Part shown: positions 50,303 through 63,598 of the stretch, piece after piece | Layout: each line of letters opens with the position of its first letter | Position numbering within the stretch: the first letter of the stretch is position 1 | DNA from: Squalus acanthias | Taxonomy: Eukaryota | Assembly (NCBI GenBank): GCA_030390025.1 | Contig: JASTWF010000121.1 | Span: 310,001 to 374,000, forward strand | Direction: 5' to 3' | DNA: 64,000 nt | Notes under the pieces: model-generated | Database searches by the model: none | The model's input: only the letters and a program-made list of their open reading frames with translations | What the model was told of the DNA's origin: nothing | Program-made: the position numbers and the translations under genes

Positions 50303-51862
50303 CAGACACTCCCGGACCCTGATATTACTGGACAGACCGACACTCCCGGACCCTGATATTGCCGGACAGTCCGACACTCCCAGACTCTGATATTACCTAA
50401 CACTCCGACACGCCCGGACCCTGATATTATCGGACAGTCCGACGCTCCCGGACCTTGATATTACCGGACAGTCCGACACTCCCGGACCCTGATATTACCG
50501 GACAGTCCGACACTCCCGGACCCTGATATTACCGGGCAGTCCGACACTCCCAGACCCTGATATTACCGGACAGTCGGACACTCCCGGACCCTGATATTAC
50601 CGGACAGTCCGACACTCCCGGACCCTGATATTACCGGACAGTCTGACACTCCCGGACCCTGATATTACCGGACAGTCCGACACTCCTAGACCCTGATATT
50701 ACCGGACAGTCCGACACTCCCGGACCCTGATATTACCGGACAGTCCGACACTCCCGGACCCTGATATTACCGGACAGTCCGACACTCCCGGACCCTGATA
50801 TTACCGGACAGTCCGACACTCCCGGACCCTGATATTACCGGTCAGTCCGACACTCCCGGACCCTGATATTACCGGACAGTCCGACACTCCCGTACCCTGA
50901 TATTACTGGACAGTCCGATACTCCCGGACCCTGATATTACCGGACAGTCCGACACTCCCGGACCCTGATATTACTGGACAGTCCGACACTCCCGGACCCT
51001 GATATTACCGGACAGTCCGACACTCCCAGACACTGATATTACCAGACAGTCCGACACTCCCGGACCCTGATATTACCGGACAGTCCGACACTCCCGGACC
51101 CTGATATTACCTGGACAGTCCGACACTCCCGGACCCTGATATTACTGGACAGTCCGACACTCCCGGACCCTTTTATTACTGGACAGTCCGACACTCCCGG
51201 ACCCTGATATTACCGGACAGTCCGACACTCCCGGACCCTGATATTACCAGACAGTCCGACACTCCCGGACCTTGATATTACCGGACAGTCCGACAGTCCC
51301 GGACCCTGATATTACCGGACAGTCCGACACTCCCGGACCCTGATATTACCGGACAGTCCGACACTCCCGGACCCTGATATTACTGGACAGTCCGACACTC
51401 CCAGACCCTGATATTACCGGACAGTCCGACACTCCCGGACCCTGATATTACCGGACAGTCCGACAGTCCCGGACCCTGATATTACCGGACAGTCCGACAC
51501 TCCCAGACCCTGATATTACCGGACAATCGGACACTCCCGGACCCTGATATTACCGGACAGTCCGACACTCCCGGACCCTGATATTACCGGACAGTCCGAC
51601 ACTCCCGGACCCTGATATTACCGGACAGTCCGACACTCCCGACCCTGATATTACCGGACAGTCCGACACTCCCGGACCCTGATATTACCGGACAGTCCGA
51701 CACTCCAGGACCCTGATATTACCGGACAGTCCGACACTCCCGGACCCTGATATTACCGGACAGTCCGACACTCCCGGACCCTGATATTACCGGACAGTCC
51801 GACACTCCCGGACCCTGATATTACCGGACAGTCCGACACTCCCGGACCTTGATATTACTGGA
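50303..51862 (+). repeat. 34-bp minisatellite (gaccctgatattaccggacagtccgacactcccg), about 46 copies, in the presumptive 3' UTR of cassette B
   Basis: Period of 34 measured directly; no spacers. Confidence 0.95.
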
Positions 51863-54135
51863 TCGAGCCTGAAACTTCCAGATGCTGATATTGCTGTGCC
51901 TGTAATTTTCCTCTGAAACATTATTATCTGTGTGAATATTGCTACTTACATCTAACTCCAAAGAATAAGCTGCATTTGTAATTTTCTTTTGTGAAGGTAA
52001 ATCTTTATATCTGTAATGTTAATTATGTTTTGCACCTTTAAGGGCTAATAATTGTTAGGTATTGGGTAGAGATTAATTATCTCTCCCCATCGGTGGTGGT
52101 CTGAATTGCCAAGAGTTTGTTGGGGGTATGAATTAGTCTGAGCCTGATCCTGGTGGCCCGAGGATCGATAGAAAGCTCTTGCCCCGTCTCCTCCTGGCTC
52201 CATGGGAAGGTGTTTAAAATTAATCAGCAATGTTCCTTTAGTTTGCGGCCAGAGATCACTGGAGAATCCTGAGCGGGGCAGGTGTCAGTGACCAATTCGG
52301 AATCAACTGACCGCAGCTCCAAGGTGGCCTTGCAGAACTGGGGGTCAAAGGGCCAATCACCTCAGCCCCAGGACATCATTGTCGATGTTCCTCAGGGCAG
52401 TGTCCTGGGCCAACTATCTTCAGCTGCTTCATTAATGGCCTTCCCTCCATCATAAGATCGGGAATGGGACGTTTGCTGATGATTGCACAGTGTCCACCTC
52501 CATTCACAAATCCTCAGATAATGAAGGAGCCAATGCCAGCCTACAATAGGACATTCAGGCTTGGTCTGATGTGGCAGGTAACATTTGCAGCACGAAAGAA
52601 AGTGCAGACACCTCACCTTCCAAAGCTGCAAACATGCTGGGTCATCATTGACCAGAAGCTGAACTGGACCAGCCATGTCAATAGTGTGACTACAACAGCA
52701 GGACAGAGGCTGGACACTCTGTGACAACTGGTTCACCTTCTAACCCCTCAAAGCCTCTTCACAATCTACAAGGCTTGTCAAATGAACACTCACCACTTGC
52801 CTGGATGGGTGCAGCTGCAACAACACTTGAGAAGCTCAACACCATCCAGGACAGAGCAGTTCACTTGATTGGCACCTCTGCCACTGGGCTCAGTATCCAC
52901 CCCTCCACCACCGGCGCACCATGGCTGCAGTGTGTGTGATCTACAGGATGCACTGCAGCAACTCACCAAGGTTCTCTTGACTATAGCTCCCTCCCCTGCT
53001 ACCTCTAACATCAAGAAGAGCAACAGCAGCAATGCTGCAGGAACATCTTCACTTCCACATTCCAGCATTGTGTAAGCACCTTCACCACACGGACTGCAGT
53101 GGTTCAAGGAGAAGGTCCACCACCGCCACGAGTCTCAGGTCAACTAGGTGGAGACAATAAATGCCCACATCCCCAGAAGAAAAGTACGATGGATAAATTA
53201 AATCATGTTATTGAGAAATGTAATTGTTGACATTTTGATTTCATTTAAAACCCTAATTTTGCACATTAGAAATGTCATTTACTGAGGAATAAAATGGCAG
53301 GCAGAAACTGCTCTGTGTGATTCGGTAGGTTCACTTGTGAATTTATTCTTTATGTTCGGCTGGTCGTGCAGTATGGGTTGTTTTCAATGGGAAGTCTGTG
53401 CCAGTTTCTCCCGGGTAATTTTCTGTCTGTTTTCCTCACTTTTGATGAGGATGTTCCCAACCTCTTCAACGGGCCAATCAACAAAGTGTAATGGTGAAAG
53501 CATGATGGGAAAGGTGTGACAACAGGAGTAAGTGTGACAAGCAGGAAGTGTGTGCTGGTTCCACAGTAGTAATGGGACACCTGTCGTGTTGCTCAAATAC
53601 AGGGTATGGCCTGTATCTTACTGTCCGTGTTATCTCCATATTGCTGCTCGTATCTCTGGGGCTTCTCCTGGTTCTCTCTGTCATTTTATTCTGAATTCTG
53701 GGTGTTTTATTTCTCTTTCCCTTCCTTTACTTCTCTTGTGGTTTCGCGGGTGGCGGGAGGGAATGGCCAGTGAACATTCCTTCTCCCTCTTCCCTCCCTC
53801 TTATTCCTAGTCCCCTATCCTTGGCCATTCCATTCTCTTCCCCCCCCCACCCGACCCTTTCCCTTCCCTGTATTCTGGTTCCTCCCCTCTCCCCCTTTTA
53901 ACTCCTCCCCTTCACACCTTCCCACTCCTTCCTTAAACTTCCTTTGTCTCCCTATACTGCCCAACCTCCCCTTATTTCCTACCCCTCTATGTGAGGTCCA
54001 TTCCCCAGCGTCCTCAGCTCAAAGGGTTTTCTAGTGACAAGCCCCAGCTCTCCGCAGGCTCAATGCCTGACCTTCACTAACTGGAGACATTCAGATTCTC
54101 CTTTACAATTAGCTTTATCTTTTTAGCGTGGGATT

Positions 54136-57100
54136 CTAATAGTTAACCACGTCCTGCAGATGAATGATCATAATTTGTTCCTCCTTCAATTCCTCTTGTT
54201 CCAGACCATTCATTTTATTCAGAATTTCCTTCAGACGATTTCTAACTGCCTTTACAGATTGATCCAAATCAGCCAAATCAAGGTTATTAACGAGGGAGGT
54301 TCCGGTATTAAAAACAGTGGCTGCATCATTGATCAGACCCCGTCGAGTTCTGATATGGTCCCCTTTAACCCCGTAACCGACGTTGTTTCCTTCAGTGATC
54401 TTAGTATTTTCCCCAAAGCTATTGTTAGATCCATTACCATCTCCTGAGCCCTTGCGATATAATGGCTCTAATTCTGTTGTGCTGACCTTTTCCCAAAATC
54501 CCTCAATTAATTCCCGCACCATTCTCCCATATAACCGCGCTGTTTCTGGTTTGTACCAGTTTGGCAGTCCCCCCTCGGTCAGATTTAATATCACAGGTAC
54601 CAGCTCGTGATGCACATCATGGTACAATATCATCGAGTTAGGATTTCCACTAACCCATTTGTCGGTCCCGGGGTGTGTTTGGGACGACAACCCGGGTTTC
54701 CTGTTGTTCTTCCCGCGGTTGTGTTTTATTCGTGGGGGGGGGGGCGGGGGGGGGACGTTTAAGACGGACTTTCAATTCCACCGTGTGTATTATTACGTTT
54801 TTACACTCCTGCACATGATAATGTGTGCAACCCTTCGAACCCCTACACGGCCTTCCCTCCCTGTCCACAAACCATTGGTAGGGACCCCTGTCATCTATTC
54901 CATTGGTTTGAATACTTTCCCCACCTATCCAGTGGACAGGAGCTCCACAGACCTTACAAAAGGAAGGTTTGACAGCGTCCCCGAAGGGTTTATACATCCA
55001 TAGATTCCCTCAAGCTCCTGCCACCACCGTGGCCAAGACAACATGGTTTCCCCATTGTCTTCCCATTGATCTGGGCTCCCATTATGTCCCCAAGGATCTC
55101 CTATCTGGCAGTAACTAGTATTGTCACCCACCTTTGCCTGATTGAACCATACACGCGGCTGATTCACAGTCCCACTCTTACACTTTACACATATTCCCCT
55201 CCCTTCTTGGACCACGTATGTGGTTACCCGTACTATCCCTGAACAACTTGTGTCGGACGTACCCTTGATGGACTGGAGGGTAACCTCCCGAGCGATGCCT
55301 TGGGGCGGAGTTACGGGGCAATGGTAATCTGACTGTCACAACTTGAATCGCTGGAAGCTTCCCCGTGTGTTGCTGCTGCCCTTTCGAGATGGAGCGCAAT
55401 GTCACACAGCAACCAAAATAGCCTCCTCCTTTTCTCTGCCTTGTTCTGGCCTGTGGAAGAGGGGAATGAAACGTAGTGTTACTCCCAGTCCCGTCTCCCT
55501 TCTTCCCACCATTGGCCTTTTAGACTCGGCGCTGACTATTCACTGGCCCGCCTTGGCCGTTTCCCAGGTCGTTGCCTCAGATCCTAACCATACTGTACCT
55601 GGGGAGGCACCTCGTCACACGGAGGGGCATCAGGTGGGGGAGCCACATTAGGCACCCCTTCTCCATCGTCCCATTGGAGCGGCTGAGTCAATCTCACCAT
55701 GCTCATGATCGTGGCTTGCTGTCTTCTTCACCTGCTTGTGGGCTGAAAAAGCTTCATCTGTTTAATGTGAAACCATTGGTTTTTTTAGGTAACTGCACTG
55801 CGTACACCATAGGACTAGCTTTGTAACTTTCTCAACAATGTTATACGGCCCCTTGTAGAGGGGTTCAAACACTCCCACCCTTGCATAGTTTCATACCATT
55901 ACCTGGCTCTCTACTTCCCACTCCTGGGGTTTACCCGGAGCCGGTGTAATCGGTTGGGTCGGTGAATCTTCCCACTCCTGGGGTTTACCGGGAGCCGGTG
56001 TAATCGGTTGGGTCGGTGAATCTTCCCACTCCTGGGGTTTACCCGGAGCCGGTGTAATCGGTTGGGTCGGTGAATCTTCCCACTCCTGGGGTTTACCCGG
56101 AGCCGGTGTAATCGGTTGGGTCGGTGAATCTTCCCACTCCTGGGGTTTACCCGGAGCCGGTGTAATCGGTTCTGTCGGTGAATCTTCCCACTCCTGGGGT
56201 TTACCCGGAGCCGGTGTAATCGGTTTGGTCGGTGAATCTTCCCAATCCTGGGGTTTACCCGGAGCCGGTGTAATCGGTTGGGTCGGTGAATCTTCCCACT
56301 CCTGGGGTTTACCCGGAGCCGGTGTAATCGGTTGGGTCGGTGAATCTTCCCACTCCTGGGGTTTACCCGGAGCCGGTGTAATCGGTTCTGTCGGTGAATC
56401 TTCCCACTCCTGGGGTTTACCTGGAGCCGGTGTAATCGGTTCTGTCGGTGAATCTTCCCACTCCTGGGGTTTACCCGGAGCCGGTGTAATCGGTTGGGTC
56501 GGTGAATCTTCCCACTCCTGGGGTTTACCCGGAGCCGGTGTAATCGGTTGGGTCGGTGAATCTTCCCACTCCTGGGGTTTACCCGGAGCCGGTGTAATCG
56601 GTTCTGTCGGTGAATCTTCCCACTCCTGGGGTTTACCCGGAGCCGGTGTAATCGGTTGGGTCGGTGAATCTTCCCAATCCTGGGGTTTACCCGGAGCCGG
56701 TGTAATCGGTTGGGTCGGTGAATCTTCCCACTCCTGGGGTTTACTGGGAGCCGGTGTAATCGGTTGGGTCGGTGAATCTTCCCACTCCTGGGGTTTACCC
56801 GGAGCCGGTGTAATCGGTTGGGTCGGTGAATCTTCCCAATGTTGTGGGCGGCCCTCGAGTTCAGTTCTTTTAAAGTTCTCCACAGGTCTCTCAGGAATTT
56901 GTCCCGAGTCACCTCCTTAATTTGTTTATCTGTCAGAGTGGGGACCAACAGGTGTGTGGGGGTTCGCGTGGGCCGTTACCAACTCATGAGGGGACTGACC
57001 CCTTCCTTTGGATTTGTTACTATGTAAGGATTAGGGGAAGAACCTCATCCCACTTAGTGTGCGGTTCATTTAATTCCTTTCACAAGGCCAGCTTCAATGT

Positions 57101-60100
57101 ACGGTTCATTCCTTCCACAATCCCTGATGACTCTGGGTTGTGGGTTACGTGCCATTTCCCTTCAATTCCGAGCCATTTCAGAGTGGCTTGCATTGCCTGA
57201 CCTGTAAAATGGCTTCCCTGGTCTGACTCTACCACAGCTGGAGAATATCTCTCTAACTAGGGTCTTGGCCGTCCATGGGGTCTGGCCGACTTGCACGGGA
57301 AGACTTCTCCCCACCTGGGAATCTTGCACCATCAACACTCATGCTTAAAAGAAAAAACAGACAATCCATTGCGGTTTTCCCACGAGCCCAATGGGTTAAT
57401 TCGTCAATTCTTGATTCCCTTCTGTCACTGTGGGAAATACCTACTTAAAATTAAGAAACTTAAATATAAAAATGTACAATATCTTTAAATTTCATTCAGT
57501 TGTTGTGGTGAATTAGAAGAAAACCAGCTGTCAGTGGAAAGGGTTAACTCCTTTGCAGCTTTGTAAGTAGGCGGAGCAAATTGTCAGACGCACGCAATTG
57601 CGTCACTTCACGTAAATCTTTAAAAAACTTTCCAGATCGAAAAAGACAGTTTGCTTTTCACAATTTAATAGGTTAGTTAATATTTTTGAAAAGAAGACAA
57701 TCCCAGATACCATCAATCAAGGTCAACTTGTGTCACAAAGCTTCTCACAGATTTCAGGTTAATTTAAAACAAAATCTTTGTGCCTTTAAAATTGTCTTAC
57801 TACTACAAACATTTTGTAAAACAACTCCTCACACACCAAAAGCATTTCTATTTTTTTCCTGGTCACACATACTTGAAATTGGTCAGAATTTTTTAAAGAA
57901 ATACCAATTATTGATGTGATTGCCTCATGTCCGGAACTAGAGGCTTTCACACAATTTACACCAACCAGAATTTCACCGTAGCCACAATAAAAGTTTGGTT
58001 TAAACAGGTTAATTAACCTCAATAAATCCAATTCAATTCTGACCAATATCTCAAACTAACCAGGACCACTTCAAAAGAAAGGGAGAAGCTTCCCTCAGCT
58101 TATAACTTCGAAACATTCATACAAGGATTTTTTTCAGATATCACTACACTGAAAGCAGAAAAAGGGACAGAACTTTTCCTTTTCTTCTTTCTTTATTTCA
58201 CCATAGGCTACTTGTCAAAAACTTAGAAAGTGTGCGTCTCGGACTTGCAGTAACTAAATTAAGAAAACAGTGCTTTTTAAACTTTCAAATTGTTTTAAAA
58301 TAAAATCAAGCAATAGCTATTTTTCATAATCCAATTAAAACAAAATACTTTCAGAAAGTCCAAATTCATTTCTACCAGACATGATTAGAAACCATGGTAA
58401 CCGTAACTTCAAGGCTGAATCATAGAATCATAGAAGTTTAGCTGTTGTAAAACAAATTGCCTCTGCTTTACAGTTCACTGTACAAGCTGTCCCAGTCAAA
58501 ATATATCCACAGCAGTGTTTTAAACTTAAAAAAATCCAAATCAAAGTTTCTCCCACTTCTAGGTGCACAACCTTAAATTGAAATGAACATATTTAACACA
58601 TCCACACTCTCTGAAAACCTCCAACATCCAACAAAGGGTTAAACGGCTTTTGGCTCTATGCACAGAAAAGTGGGTGGAGCGAAAACAAACACAACAGACA
58701 CTTTCTTACAAAGACAGACTTTCAGATAAAAGGAATAATGTATTTTCTTAAAATTCATAGTTAGGAAAATGTTCACACTTTAACACACACTTTCACACAA
58801 ACTGAAATTCCAGCATCCTTTAAGGTTCCTTTCACTCAGCAAATCTTGTGTTTTATTTGTCTCGGCACAGACACTGAAAGCTTCCGTGTTGGTAAAACTT
58901 TAAGGCCGCGATCTTACCTGAGGAGGCGCATTGGGGGCGGGACTGCTGGTTTCCGGGTTCGAGTCCCGCCCCCAGCGATGTCTGATGACCTGACGCTATT
59001 TTCCCCTGATTGACCTTGTTAAGCCCGCCCTGTGGGCTTGTCGGCCAATTAAGGGAAAGCCGGTGTCAGATGATGTCAGTGCATGATGCTTCATCTGCCG
59101 GTTTTGGTAAAGTGACAGGCACCATAATTTTTTGACAGATGAATTGTCAGTGTTTGACAGCATTGAGGTGCTGTGAAACACTGACAATCACTGTCCAAAG
59201 GTGAGCCCTTGCTCCCAGGCTCACCAATGACTCCCTCCTTAGGAGAAAACAGATGGCAGCTGCATGTGAGATTGCAGAAGCCATCTGTCAATTCTCCCGA
59301 TCAGATGAGGCTTCAAAGAAACATCAAATCTTGTCACCTGCAGATACATATAAACAGAATAAAAATATTTCACACTTCATTCTGTCACCTATCATACTTA
59401 CCTGTGCACCATTGCACACATCACACTACCTCTGCAGCTGTCATTTGCACGCTTACACTGCAGCAGACCCACAGCTGGCCTCGCTGACCCTGGCGGGGTT
59501 TCCCACTGTCGGGAAGGCCACATCAGCAGGCGGAAAATGGTGAAAAGCCTCTTAACTGCCTGTCAACTACCTGTTAATAGGCAGTTAATTGGCTCTAATC
59601 CCCTTCCCGCTGCTAGGAGACGGGTCCCTGCGCGAGCCAAAATGTAACATCTTAATTCTTAACAGTTTTCATCTGATTGATATGGAACCATTTTAGTTTT
59701 GGTTCTCCCTTCGGACCAGATGTTAGTTTCATCCGTAGTCGTATAGTGAGTGGCAAGAATTACAGCCATTAGTTCTGCTTGTTGGGAGGAGTGGGCGGGA
59801 ACGTGGAATCCCACTGACCAATCAGGAGCGTCCATATCAATGAGGGCACATCCAGTTCTAGGATGGCCGTCTACATCGTATGATGATCCCTCTAGGTACA
59901 TATTTCGAGCTCCAGGTTTGGCGTTGGCCTTTACCGGGTTTGGTTCCATATCTAGGACTGGTAATGGACACTGGTGTGGGCTTCCCTCATAGGCGAGCAT
60001 AAGAGGTAACAGTGTAGTTCGTTTCGGAGTAATGCCCAGGTCTCGCTGTAACAATTCAAGTGTCCATTTACTGATTCGCTGAGAGGGCACCTCAGTCTCA

Positions 60101-60450
60101 CTTGGTTTTAACAATAGATTAAGGGGCGTGTGTGGTGAATGCCAAATCACGTTCTGCAGTCCGGTGATGTATGACTGCCCAAAATGTGGCCAACAGGTGG
60201 CGCTCGCAGAATGAGAATGTGCTTTCTACCCCTCGTAAGATACGTGAGGCATACGCGATGGGGTGTAGTGTCTCGCTGATTGCTTGGGTCTGACTTAAAA
60301 TGGCAGTTAGGCTGGTAGGTGTGGAGCCTACTTCAAGATGGAAGAGCTGGCTGTGATCCGGGGAAATGAGAGAAGTAGCCTGCATTGTGGTTTGTTTCAA
60401 CGCACTAACTGCAGCAGTATGGTGGTCTTCCCATACAGATTGTATCTCTT
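54136..60450 (-). mobile_element. Degraded second retrovirus-like element: tether and RNase H (59660-60450), integrase (about 55800-57310), env-like ORFs (about 54136-55400); interrupted by insertions
   Basis: HPIAYASRIL...CERHLLATFWAV; YLEGSS...SSQQAELMAV; SDQGSHFTG...PESSGIVEGMNRTLK; YKGPY; RTRR|GLINDAATVFNTGTSLVN plus heptad repeat. Confidence 0.8.
55913..56840. repeat. 54-bp minisatellite (about 17 copies) inside the integrase C-terminal region
   Basis: Unit ctcctggggtttacccggagccggtgtaatcggttgggtcggtgaatcttccca. Confidence 0.95.
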
Positions 60451-60451
60451 C

Positions 60452-63228
60452 CGCTTCTTGAGTGTTGTTGGAGCTGCACTCATCCAGGCAAATGGAGAAG
60501 ATTCCATCACACTCCTGACTTGTGCCTTGTAGATGGTGGAAAGGCTTTGAGGATTCAGGAGGTGAGTCACTCGCCACAGAATACCCAGCCTCTGACCTGC
60601 TCTTGTAGCCACAGTATTTATGTGTCTGGTCCAGTTAAGTTTCTGGTCAATGGTGACCCCCAGGATGTTAATGGAAGGGGATTCGGCGATGGTAATGCCG
60701 TTGATTGTCAAGGGGCGGTGGTTAGACTCTCGCTTGTTGGAGATAGTCATTGCCTGGCACTTCTGTGGCGCGAATGTTACCTGCCACTTATCAGCCCAAG
60801 CCTGATTGTCGTCCATGTATTGTTGCATGCAGGCATAGACTGCTTCATTATCTGAGGAGCTGTGAATGGCGCTGAACACTGTGCTGTCATCAGTGAACAT
60901 CCCCATTTCTGACCTTATGTTGGAGGGAATGTCATTGATGAAGCAGCTGAAGATGGTTGGGTCTAGGACACTGAGGAACTCCTGCAACGATGTCCTGGGG
61001 CTGAGATGATTGACCTCCAACCACCAAAACCATCTTCCTTTGTGCTAAGTATGACTCCAGCCAGTGGAGAGTTTTCCCCCCGATTCCCATTGACTTCAGT
61101 TTTACGAGGGCTCCTTGATGCCACACTCGGTCAAATGCTGCCTTGATGTCAAGGGCAGTCACTCTCACCTCACCTCTGGAATTCAGCTCCTTTGTCCATG
61201 TTTGGACCAAGGCTGTGATGAGATCTGGAGCCGAGTGGTCCTGGCGGAACTCAAACAGGGCATCAGTGAGCACGTTATATGTGAGTAAGTGCCGCTTGTA
61301 AGCACTATCGACGACACCTTCCATCACTTTGCTGATGATTGAGAGTAGACTGATGGGGCGGTAATTGGCCAGATTGGATTTGTCCTGCTTTTTGTGGACA
61401 GGACGTTCCTGGGCAGTTTTCCACTTTGTTGGATAGATGCCAGTGTTGTAGCTGTACTGAAACAGCTTGGCTAGAGGCGTGGCTCGTTCTGGAGCACAAG
61501 TCTTCAGCACGACAGCCGGGATGTTGTCGGGGCCCATAGCCTTTGCTGTATCCAATGCGCTCAGCCATATCTTGATATCACGTGTAGTGAATTGAATTGG
61601 CTGAAGACTGGATTCTGTGATGGTGGGGAGCTTAGGAGTAGGCCGATATGGATCATCCACTCAGCACTTCTGCCTGAAGATGGTTGCAAATGCTTCAGCC
61701 TTGTCTTTTGCACTCACTTGCTGGGCTCCACCATCATTGAGGATGGGGATATTCAGGGAGCCTCCTCCTCCCATTAGTTGTTTAATGGTCCACCACCATT
61801 CACGACTGGATGTGGCAGGACTGCAGAGCTTTGATCTGATCCGTTGATTGTGGAATCGCTTAGCCCCGTCTATAGCATGTTGTTTCCGCTTTTTAGCATG
61901 CATGTAGTCCTGTGTTGCAGCTTCCCCAGGTTGGCACCTCATTCTTAGGTACGCCTGGTGCTGCTCCTGGCATGCTCTTCGGCACTCCTTATTGAACCAG
62001 GGTTGGTCCCCTGGCTTGATGGTAATGGTAGAATGAGGATATGCCGGAACATGAGGTTACAGATTGTGGTGTAATACAATTCTGCTGCTGCTGATGGCCC
62101 ACAGCGCTTCATGGATGACCAGTATTGAGCTGCTAGATCTGTTCTGAATCTATCCCATTTAGCACAGTGGTAGTGCCACACAACACAATGGAGGGTGTCC
62201 TCAGTGTGAAGACTGGACAGATGCATCAGCGACAGGTAGATTGGTGAGGATGAGGTCAAGTAGGTTTTTCCCCTTGTGTTGGTTCTCTCACCACATGTCG
62301 CAGGCCCAGACTGGCAGCTATGTCCTTCAGGACTCGGCCAGCTCGGTCAGTAGTGGTGCTGCTGAGCCGCTCTTGTTGATGGACATTGAAGTCCCCCACC
62401 CAGAGTGCATTCTGTGCCCTTGCTACTCTGTGCTTCTTCCAAGTGGTGTTCAACATGGAGGAGTACTGATTCATCAGCTGAGGGAGGGCGGTAGGTGGTA
62501 ATCAGCAGGAGGTTTCCTTGCCCATGCTTGACCTGAAGCCATGAGACTTCAAGGGGTCCGGAATCAATGTTGAGGACTCCCAGGGCGACTCCTTCCCGAC
62601 TGTACACCACTGTGCCGCCACCCCTGGTGGGTCGGTCCTGCCAGTGGGACAGGACATACCCAGGGATGGTGACGGAAGAGTTTGGGACATTGTCTGAAAG
62701 TTATGATTCTGTGAGTATGACTATGTCAGGCTGTTGCTTGACTAGTCTGTGGGACAGCTCTCCCAATTTTGGCCCAAGTCCCCAGATGTTGGTGAGGATG
62801 ACTTTGCAGGGTCGACTGGGCTGGGTGTGTCCGTAGCCGGTGCCAAGTTTGATGCCGGGTGGTCCGTCCAGTTTTATTCTTATTATTGTTTCTTTTAGCG
62901 GTTTGTTACAACTGAGTGTCTTGCTGGGCCATTTCAGAGGGCAGTTAAGAGTCAACCACATTGCTGTGGGTCTGGAGTCACATACAGGCCAGACCAGGTA
63001 AGGACGGCAGATTTCCTTCCCTAAAGGACATTAGTGAACCAGATGGGATTTTACGACAATCCGATAGTTTCATGGTCACCATTACTGATTCTAGCTTTTT
63101 ATTCTAGATTTATTTAATTAACTGAATTGAAATTCCCCAGCTGTCGTGGTGGGATTTGAACTCACGTCTCTGGATCATTAGTCCAGGCCTCTGGATTACT
63201 AGCCCAGTGACATTACCGCTATGCCCCT
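60452..63228 (-). mobile_element. Near full-length copy of the second LINE family (CR1/L2-group-like; APE endonuclease and RT, no ORF1, 3' truncated)
   Basis: TNIWGL...DIVILTES, YRPPS, VGDFN, KAMGPDNIP, YRPISLLS, ALDIKAAFD, MFTDD. Confidence 0.9.
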
Positions 63229-63231
63229 ATC

Positions 63232-63598
63232 TTTTTTATTCATTTTTTTTTCATTCTCTCACATGGCAGCTGTCGATCGTTCTGCCATTGCCATTTACAC
63301 TTCATCTGGAGTCATCCTTTTGTTTCTTAACTTGTCCCATTACCATCTCCTTTTGCCTTGCACCATCAACCCTTTTGTCTCTCAATCTCTCCTGCCTTCC
63401 ATCCTATCACAGACCTTCCCTTTTGTTCTTTCCTCCCCCGTCCTCCCTCTCCCTGCCCCCACTTGCTTAAAAACCTGTTCCATCTCCAACTTTTTCCAGT
63501 TCTGATGAAGGGTCATCGACCTGAAACATTAACTCTGTTTCTCTCTCCACGGATGCTGCCTGACCTGCTGAGTATTTGCAGCGTTTTCTGTTTTTATA
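63232..63598 (+). mobile_element. Penelope terminal-repeat fragment
   Basis: Reverse-complement match to 3265-3630. Confidence 0.85.

Noticed and set aside
50303-51862. CRISPR-like array (34-bp palindromic repeat)
   Set aside because: Head-to-tail units with no unique spacers, no cas genes, and a eukaryotic context.
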